Assembly (NCBI GenBank): GCA_039815375.1
Contig: JBCBZJ010000045.1
Span: 1 to 14,748 of the forward strand
DNA length: 14,748 nucleotides
Source of the DNA: Verrucomicrobiota bacterium
GTDB taxonomy: Bacteria > Verrucomicrobiota > Verrucomicrobiia > Opitutales > Coraliomargaritaceae
Reading direction: 5' to 3'
The notes under the pieces are model-generated. The model was not told the DNA's origin and did not search any database. It saw only the letters and a list, made by a program, of their open reading frames with translations. Positions 9,684-14,748 of this stretch are shown piece after piece. Both the position numbers and the translations under genes were made by a program. How positions within the stretch are numbered: the first letter of the stretch is position 1; each line of letters opens with the position of its first letter.

Positions 9684-9890
9684 TCACCCCTCTAGTCTGG
9701 TTGTTCCTTTTTCCCAAATCCGGATTCGAGGAACCGAGTTAGTGCACCAGTTCGCGGAGATGTGTAGGTTCCCTTCTTTATGTTCTATTTGAGCTTCGCC
9801 CATCGCATTAAGTAAGAAGCTTATGTAGGCAACGATTGCCGCTAGAAAAACGAACACTGCGATAAATCCATATTTTAGGGCGGGTTTCAT
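9684..9890 (-). CDS. Cassette: short membrane-anchored hypothetical protein (68 aa), possibly truncated
   Basis: Start MKPALKYGFIAVFVFLAAIVAYISFLL follows GTTATGCAAAGAAA. Only an attC-like left stub (GAACAAC-cagac, ~9695-9706) precedes the next gene. Confidence 0.55.
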   Translation of the reverse strand: MKPALKYGFIAVFVFLAAIVAYISFLLNAMGEAQIEHKEGNLHISANWCTNSVPRIRIWEKGTTRLEG

Positions 9891-9897
9891 TTTCTTT

Positions 9898-9955
9898 GCA
9901 TAACGATGAGATGTGGCGACGGTATTAGCCGTTGTCCCGCTCTGACTGGATATGC
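9898..9955 (-). repeat. attC site
   Basis: Minus strand: GCATATC cagtc AGAGCGGGACAACGG ctaata CCGTCGCCACATCT catc GTTATGC. Confidence 0.85.
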
Positions 9956-10287
9956 CTATTCTCGGGGAATCCACCAATGTAACCAAAGAACCAGAGGAGA
10001 TTAAGCCTACTCTCCATGGATAGCTGTGCTTGAACTTCCATTTTTATCCAAAATGGGGTGGGTGAATAAGCATTGGAGTAATAACCGAAGGTTTCTCTAT
10101 TTGTTTTATCAAATAGCTCATCTGCGTCTACGTATCTTTCCGGGTCGTTCAATTTATGGAAAGCGGTTACTTCTTTTAGTCGGTTATCTACAAGTGAATT
10201 ACACTGAGATATTCCGACTGTGGCTGTTGCCGCCCAAAGAAACAGATATGCGGAAATGATCGTCGGAACTATTTTCTTTTTTCTCAT
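9925..10287 (-). CDS. Cassette: hypothetical exported/membrane protein (120 aa)
   Basis: Start MRKKKIVPTIISAYLFLWAATATVG. Stop lies in the attC loop. Confidence 0.75.
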   Translation of the reverse strand: MRKKKIVPTIISAYLFLWAATATVGISQCNSLVDNRLKEVTAFHKLNDPERYVDADELFDKTNRETFGYYSNAYSPTPFWIKMEVQAQLSMESRLNLLWFFGYIGGFPENRHIQSERDNG

Positions 10288-10330
10288 CGTACCCCGAGCT
10301 GGCGGCATTCAGTGTAGCGCTTGGTTATGC
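10282..10330 (-). repeat. Shortened/degenerate attC site
   Basis: Minus strand: GCATAAC caagc gctacactgaatgccgccagctcggggtac GATGAGA. The R' position overlaps the next ATG. Confidence 0.6.
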
Positions 10331-10779
10331 ATTAATCGCTCCATCACAATGTTGGCTCGTGAGTATACCGGATGCCTACCTTCAAAAATTGTATGAAATC
10401 CATACTTCTTGTAGAGAGAAATCGCAGCCTTAAGTTTAGTATTAGAGACAAGGTAAACTCTTTTCGCTCCGAGGGCTTCCAATTTTCTAATTGCAGCCCT
10501 CATCAATATATGGGCATAGCCATTCCCTTGATGAATCGGCGAGACTGCCATTCGCGCTAACTCATAAACTCCTGACTCCTCAAAGAACAGAGCGCACACA
10601 CCTAAAACTTCCCCATCCTCTTCTAGCGAGAAAATATAACCACCATCATCTATTACCATTTGCGGATTTCGCGCCAACTCGCGGTCGACTTCCTCCAACT
10701 GAAAGTAACGAGAAATCCACTCTTCGTTGAGACGGACAAAATCTTGAAATACTTCAGGATGATTTTCGATCACTTCCAT
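10309..10779 (-). CDS. Cassette: GNAT-family N-acetyltransferase
   Basis: YELARMAVSPIHQGNGYA acetyl-CoA motif; 'LVSNTKLKAAISLYKKYGF'. Confidence 0.9.
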   Translation of the reverse strand: MEVIENHPEVFQDFVRLNEEWISRYFQLEEVDRELARNPQMVIDDGGYIFSLEEDGEVLGVCALFFEESGVYELARMAVSPIHQGNGYAHILMRAAIRKLEALGAKRVYLVSNTKLKAAISLYKKYGFHTIFEGRHPVYSRANIVMERLMHNQALH

Positions 10780-11458
10780 TCTCGTATAACGTGCCCGCGC
10801 TGTGACAAGCGCTTTGTTCTGCCAATTTGATTTCTAGTTTCCGATCCGAATTCTCGCGGACATCGATGTCTTCAAGATCTCTTATTCGAAAGAGAATCCT
10901 TGGGTCTGAGATGCCGCAACTTGCTCCAACTAGAACAACCGAGCAACCTGCTGAAAGTGCTGACCGCATTCCCATGTCCGAGTCCTCGAATGCTAGGCAA
11001 TCCTTCGCTAAACAACCTAAAGTTTTCGATGCTTTTAGATATGCTTCGGGGTCCGGTTTTCCTTCGTTTAATTGATCCGCTCCGATCAACACATCCGGAA
11101 TAGGCAAACCCGCCGCTTCCATTTTCCTTTTTGCAGTCTCGGTTTCGCTCGAGGTGGCTACTGCCCATGGCTTGTCCTTTATTTTCTTTATAACGCGAAA
11201 TGCCCCAGGGATCTCCTTAAGATTGATGAGTGATTCTCTTTCCATTCTTTCGATTCTCTGTGCTTCGTATGACGAATCTAGATGCGGTGCTACTTCTCTT
11301 ACTGTGTCGACCGTCCTGGAGCTGTATGACGAGCTAACAGCTTCGAAGTTAATCTCATGCTCAGCACACCATTCCTTCATGACGCGATCAACGATTGATG
11401 CGGTGTCCACTAGAGTCCCGTCTAGATCGAAAATAAATGCGTCAAATGATTTTTTCAT
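10754..11458 (-). CDS. Cassette: HAD-IA family phosphatase (sugar-phosphatase-like)
   Basis: FDLDGTLVD, ATSS, GKPDPEAY and FEDS motifs. C-terminus reads through a shortened attC. Confidence 0.9.
   Translation of the reverse strand: MKKSFDAFIFDLDGTLVDTASIVDRVMKEWCAEHEINFEAVSSSYSSRTVDTVREVAPHLDSSYEAQRIERMERESLINLKEIPGAFRVIKKIKDKPWAVATSSETETAKRKMEAAGLPIPDVLIGADQLNEGKPDPEAYLKASKTLGCLAKDCLAFEDSDMGMRSALSAGCSVVLVGASCGISDPRILFRIRDLEDIDVRENSDRKLEIKLAEQSACHSAGTLYENGSDRKSS
10784..10822 (-). repeat. Internally deleted attC (39 bp)
   Basis: Minus strand: GCAGAAC aaagcgcttgtcacagcgcgggcac GTTATAC. R'' is the exact complement of GTTCTGC at the start of this cassette. Confidence 0.7.
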
Positions 11459-11464
11459 TTCTTT

Positions 11465-11549
11465 GCAGAACGTGCCCAGAGCTGGGTCACAAGTGATTGT
11501 CGAATTTTGAAGTTACGTAACTGGGATTGTCTATGCCGACTGGTTCAGG
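11465..11549 (-). repeat. attC site with incomplete right arm
   Basis: Minus strand: CCTGAAC cagtc ggcatagacaatCCCAG...CTGGGcac GTTCTGC. Confidence 0.7.
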
Positions 11550-11642
11550 ATTCAATCGTGCTGGTGGTTTAGCTCTGAGCAAGCCTCTGATGCTGACTTT
11601 TCCAGCAGAGCTGGGACCGCTTATCTCCGCTAACATACGCTT

Positions 11643-11732
11643 ATGTTCTCTTCGTTTAGTTTTCTGTTTTCGCCGTAGTGGATTAGCGTCAATTAGCGTT
11701 CATTAGCGGTTAAAAAAACGTCGGATTGCTCT

Positions 11733-11735
<3 letters not shown>
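11643..11735 (-). repeat. 93-bp non-coding cassette leader, copy 1 (contains 3 x 10-bp tandem units)
   Basis: 90/93 identical to 12514-12606. ATTAGCGTCA-ATTAGCGTTC-ATTAGCGGTT at 11682-11711. Confidence 0.95.
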
Positions 11736-12283
<548 letters not shown>

Positions 12284-12290
12284 TTCTTTC

Positions 12291-12351
12291 GAAGAACGCT
12301 ATGCACAGACGGCGAGCGCTTGCGCTCGTTGTCTACTGCGCTTCGTTGTGC
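12291..12351 (-). repeat. attC site
   Basis: Minus strand: GCACAAC gaagc GCA(G)TAGACAACGAGCGC aa GCGCTCGCCGTCTGTGC atagc GTTCTTC. Confidence 0.9.
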
Positions 12352-12352
12352 T

Positions 12353-12514
12353 TTATTTGGTTAGTTGGTAAATGGTTGCTTTCAGGACCTGCCATGAAAT
12401 TTTGGCGGTGTGAATATCGGGACTAAATCCAGAAGCTACCTGTTGAAATGGGTGAATGTAGTTTCGAAAGTCTCTCAGTGGGTGGCTGAACTTCTTAACG
12501 TCCTCTTTGAGCAA
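12353..12514 (-). pseudogene. 3' remnant of a HEPN-like (RxxxH) protein gene
   Basis: LLKEDVKKFSHPLRDFRNYIHPFQQVASGFSPDIHTAKISWQVLKATIYQLTK* ends 1 nt before the attC. The 5' part is replaced by the 93-bp leader. Not in the ORF track. Confidence 0.65.
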
Positions 12515-12606
12515 TGTTCTCTTCGTTTAGTTTTCTGTTTTCGCCGTAGTGGATTAATGTCAATTAGCGTTCATTAGCGGTTAAAAATACGTCGGATTGC
12601 TCTTCT
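12514..12606 (-). repeat. 93-bp non-coding cassette leader, copy 2
   Basis: 90/93 identical to 11643-11735. Confidence 0.95.
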
Positions 12607-12617
12607 TCAATTGCTCT

Positions 12618-12673
12618 CCTGAACGTCAAAGTGAGGCGCGGCTTTAGCCGTTACTAGCCACAACTTGTTAGCT
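12618..12673 (-). repeat. attC site
   Basis: Minus strand: AGCTAAC aagtt GTGgctagtaaCGGCT aa AGCCGcgcctCAC tttgac GTTCAGG. The stop codon lies within R''. Confidence 0.8.
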
Positions 12674-13078
12674 TTTATCTTGCGCGTAATAGAGTTTCAT
12701 TGTTCTCTGATCTGTCTCAATCGTTCCTAAGAAGTGCTTATTATTTAGCTTGTTGAAATTGGAAGCAGGACCAAACGCGATAGAATTCCTCCACTCCACG
12801 CACGGTTCACCACTCTCCCAGAAGATGCCCTTTTCTGAGATTACCAATTTGCTCAAGGAAGCGTTTCTCGGAATCGTGTAGTGCCCAAAATCAGATTCAA
12901 TTATAATTGGCTCAAATCTTTCGCCTCTAAGTTTGATGACAATGCTGGAGTCTTGAATACTTAACAACTCTACATTCCCATTCTCGTATTTGATTTCCTG
13001 TGTACGGGCAAAATATACAAAGCATACTACTGAAAGCAGCACAACTGCGACTGTGGTAATTAAATGTCTTTGTTTCAT
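12668..13078 (-). CDS. Cassette: hypothetical protein with N-terminal membrane anchor/signal
   Basis: MKQRHLITTVAVVLLSVVCFVYFA; flanked by attC sites. Confidence 0.8.
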   Translation of the reverse strand: MKQRHLITTVAVVLLSVVCFVYFARTQEIKYENGNVELLSIQDSSIVIKLRGERFEPIIIESDFGHYTIPRNASLSKLVISEKGIFWESGEPCVEWRNSIAFGPASNFNKLNNKHFLGTIETDQRTMKLYYAQDKS

Positions 13079-13086
13079 TTTCTTTC

Positions 13087-13155
13087 AGCGAACGTGGAGC
13101 GTAGTCGCGAAGGTGAGCGGAGCGAACCGGAGTTGACTACCGCGTCTTGATATGT
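13087..13155 (-). repeat. attC site
   Basis: Minus strand: ACATATC aagac GCG(G)TAGTC...GACTACGC tccac GTTCGCT. Confidence 0.8.
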
Positions 13156-13178
13156 GTTCCCGGAAGGATTTTGTGCAG

Positions 13179-13207
13179 AAAAAAGGAAAGCCCCGCTGAC
13201 GCGGGGC
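13179..13207 (-). terminator. Rho-independent terminator of the PEP-CTERM gene
   Basis: GCCCCGC-4 nt-GCGGGGC stem (13190-13207) followed on the minus strand by TTTCCTTTTTT. Confidence 0.8.
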
Positions 13208-13231
13208 AGTAAAGGGAAAAAGGGCCAAAGT

Positions 13232-14147
13232 TTAAAGGGTGCCGCGCCCCCGGCGACGCACCAGTGCAAGCGTAAGTCCAAGACATCCCAAGATCGCAGC
13301 GTAAGCCGACGGTTCAGGAATGGGCGCGAGGCTGGAGACGCGGAATCCGAGGTAGTCGATCTCGCTGGTCGGATTGAGATTGGGGCGGAACGAGGACCGG
13401 AGGGCGCCGACGTTGCTGTAGAACGAGCCACCCCGCAGCCCGCGGTTACTGGTGGACACAATTGTATCATTCCACTCCTGGATGTTGCCGCCCTGGTCGA
13501 AGGTGCCGTAGTAGCTGGCATAGTCGCTGTAGGCGCCCAAATCCGTCACGGTGCCCACGCTATTGTTGTAGTTGGCATCCTCCGTGGTGATGCTTTTACT
13601 CGCCGTCGGCAAACGGCTGGTAGTAAGCCGCTTTATACCACTCGTTCTCGCTCGCAATGGCCACCCCGCCATTGACCCAGGCTGTGGCATCACGCGTGAT
13701 CGTAGAATTTTCCGTGCCGCCTAGATTGTAAACACCGGTTTCCGTGCCGCCGGTCGTCAGCCAGTTGCTAAAACGCGCCGCATCCCAGAACGACACATAG
13801 TTCACCGGCTTATCGCCAAAGCCGCTTTTCACACTGTAGGTGTAGCTGCCGCTCGAGCCCGTGCGGCTGATGCCGCCGTGTATACTACTACCCATGGACG
13901 AATTGTAGAGATTGTATGTATCCGTCTTTGCCATGTCATTCAGGAAGGCCGTGTATTGGCTGTTCGTCACCTCGTAGGTGCCGATGTGGTAGCCGTAGGA
14001 GACCCCGCCGTGGTCGCCAGTCAAGTTGCTGCTGTCGTTCGGGTTGCCCGCATCGCCCACGAAGACCGTGTCGATGTTGATGGTGGCGTGAGACGCTGTA
14101 GCGGCCAGTAGGCCAGCCGCGAGGAGTGAGAAATGATGTATTTTCAT
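13232..14147 (-). pseudogene. PEP-CTERM-sorted FGE-sulfatase (SUMF1/EgtB/PvdO-like) domain protein, frameshifted near 13610
   Basis: Signal peptide, YEVTNSQY and SENEWYKAAYY in ORF 13596-14147. GTFDQGGNIQEW, RGGSF, GFRV and IPEPS + TM + RRR in ORF 13232-13693. Confidence 0.88.
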
Positions 14148-14195
14148 GAGCTTGGATTCGATTTAAGGATGAGTAAGATCGGTGATTAAACGTTT

Positions 14196-14211
14196 AGCAT
14201 AAACCTTGCCT
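14196..14211 (-). promoter_or_regulatory. Putative sigma54 (-24/-12) promoter
   Basis: Minus strand AGGCAAGGTTTATGCT has exact GG-N10-GC spacing (consensus TGGCACG-N4-TTGC), ~50 nt upstream of the ATG. Confidence 0.55.
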
Positions 14212-14229
14212 GGGGGGCGGGGGGGGGGG
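14212..14229. repeat. G6-C-G11 homopolymer tract
   Basis: Directly visible; abuts the -24 element. Confidence 0.9.
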
Positions 14230-14249
14230 AGCGAAAATTCACGATTTTT

Positions 14250-14265
14250 TCTCAATATTTTGACA
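14250..14265. promoter_or_regulatory. Putative activator-binding palindrome
   Basis: TCTCAA-tatt-TTGACA (minus strand TGTCAA-N4-TTGAGA), resembling TGT-N10-ACA enhancer sites. Confidence 0.4.
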
Positions 14266-14322
14266 CAGACGGAGACGCTTGGAGGGCGTGCGAAGGCTTT
14301 GTTTTCGGCCTTTCTTTGGCAT

Positions 14323-14399
14323 ATCGCGCCCGAGGGAGACTCGCTTGGGCGAAGCCCAGCTCGGGGCGCGATGGGCGAACGCGAAGCGTTCGTCCATCG
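14323..14399. repeat. GC-rich hairpin cluster with GCGAAGC loops (REP-like)
   Basis: ATCGCGCCCGAG...CTCGGGGCGCGAT encloses TGGGC-GAA-GCCCA. It is followed by CGATGGGCGAACGC-GAA-GCGTTCGTCCATCG. Confidence 0.7.
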
Positions 14400-14487
14400 A
14401 TAAGAGTAGTCGATGCGAGCCTAACGGTTCAATCGTTCAAGTGGTTCTCGGGAAACCCGGCGGCTGGACTCGCATTGACTGCCTCGC
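14392..14487 (-). repeat. attC site body whose R'' has been displaced by the IS insertion
   Basis: Minus strand, after the IS end: gc GAG(G)CAGTCAATGCGAG...CTCGCATCGACTACTC ttatc GATGGAC. Paired arms at 14469-14485 and 14404-14419, an extra base and a 5-nt spacer. Confidence 0.65.
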
Positions 14488-14748
14488 CTTCCATGTGAAG
14501 GCATCTCAAGTTTAATGTGAAAATTTCAATTTTGTAGCTGATATTGTCTTCCTGAAGCCTGGCCGAGACTGGAATCCTTTCTGTCTGGCTTCCATGCGCA
14601 CTCTTGGATCGGGCTTACCTTGCCAGTGCTGGTGGGAGTCCTGTCTCGGAGCTGCTTACTGGTTCTCGTATTCTTTTTTTGGTGTGGTTTTACCGTGATA
14701 CTGTCGAGATAACGCAGTCATCCGGACTGGACATAAGGAAAAAGTCTG
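14488..14748 (-). mobile_element. Right non-coding end of an IS1111-type (IS110 family) element; transposase expected beyond the window
   Basis: Minus strand ends TTGAGAT-GCCTTCACAT-GGA-AG. The sub-terminal IR is complementary to the left-end IR at 8375-8384 and lies 3 nt from the core, with an outward -35 (TTGAGA). No ORF in the track over 14516-14748. Confidence 0.75.
14555..14730 (-). ncRNA. Putative bridge/seek RNA (boundaries approximate)
   Basis: Contains AGAACCAGTA (target match). The stem AAGCC..CCAAGA / TCTCGG..GGCTT encloses CATGGAAG and ATTCC (donor matches). Confidence 0.6.

Noticed and set aside
9061..10308. Longer ORF-track starts at 9114, 9986 and 10308
   Set aside because: The extensions lie inside attC sites or the upstream gene; downstream ATGs give proper signal or anchor peptides.
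11487..11636. 49-aa minus-strand ORF (MLAEISGP...) in the ORF-poor cassette
   Set aside because: Runs well into the attC, has no recognisable motif, and is likely spurious.
12540..12563. Cassette-borne sigma70 promoter from TTGACA in the leader (minus strand)
   Set aside because: No plausible -10 at 16-18 nt; copy 1 has TTGACG.
13320..13450. Diversity-generating retroelement: FGE/CLec-fold C-terminus as a variable region
   Set aside because: No template repeat differing at adenines and no reverse transcriptase in the window.
13075..14515. ORFs 13075-13521, 13154-13675, 13878-14111, 14206-14403, 14279-14515 and 14316-14498
   Set aside because: They overlap the PEP-CTERM gene, terminator, hairpins or attC, and show no protein-like signatures.

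Overview
Bacterial window, probably Verrucomicrobia/PVC (inferred from the PEP-CTERM FGE-type gene and the fabZ/fabI style). Positions 1-7956 are GC-rich and host-like. They hold two large hypothetical genes, fabZ, a doubly frameshifted orphan hicA, fabI, a GTAG-type REP and a secreted metallophosphoesterase. Positions ~8100-13155 are visibly more AT-rich and form an integrase-less integron cassette array (CALIN) on the minus strand. It has about 10 cassettes (2 GNATs, a HAD phosphatase, exported hypotheticals, a truncated HEPN-like gene and two cassettes sharing a 93-bp non-coding leader), separated by attC-type hairpins with mostly non-canonical GAAC/GTTC cores. Next comes a broken PEP-CTERM/FGE-sulfatase gene with a sigma54-like promoter next to a poly-G tract. 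The main finding is two ends of an IS1111-type (IS110 family) element, each inserted at the same position of an attC site: a left end with transposase stub at 8222-8391 and a long non-coding right end at 14488-14748. That right end contains short motifs matching the attC target (GAACCAG) and the element's own ends (CATGGAAG, ATTCC), as expected of a bridge/seek RNA programmed against this array's attC sites. Everything was read by eye; no searches or folding were run.
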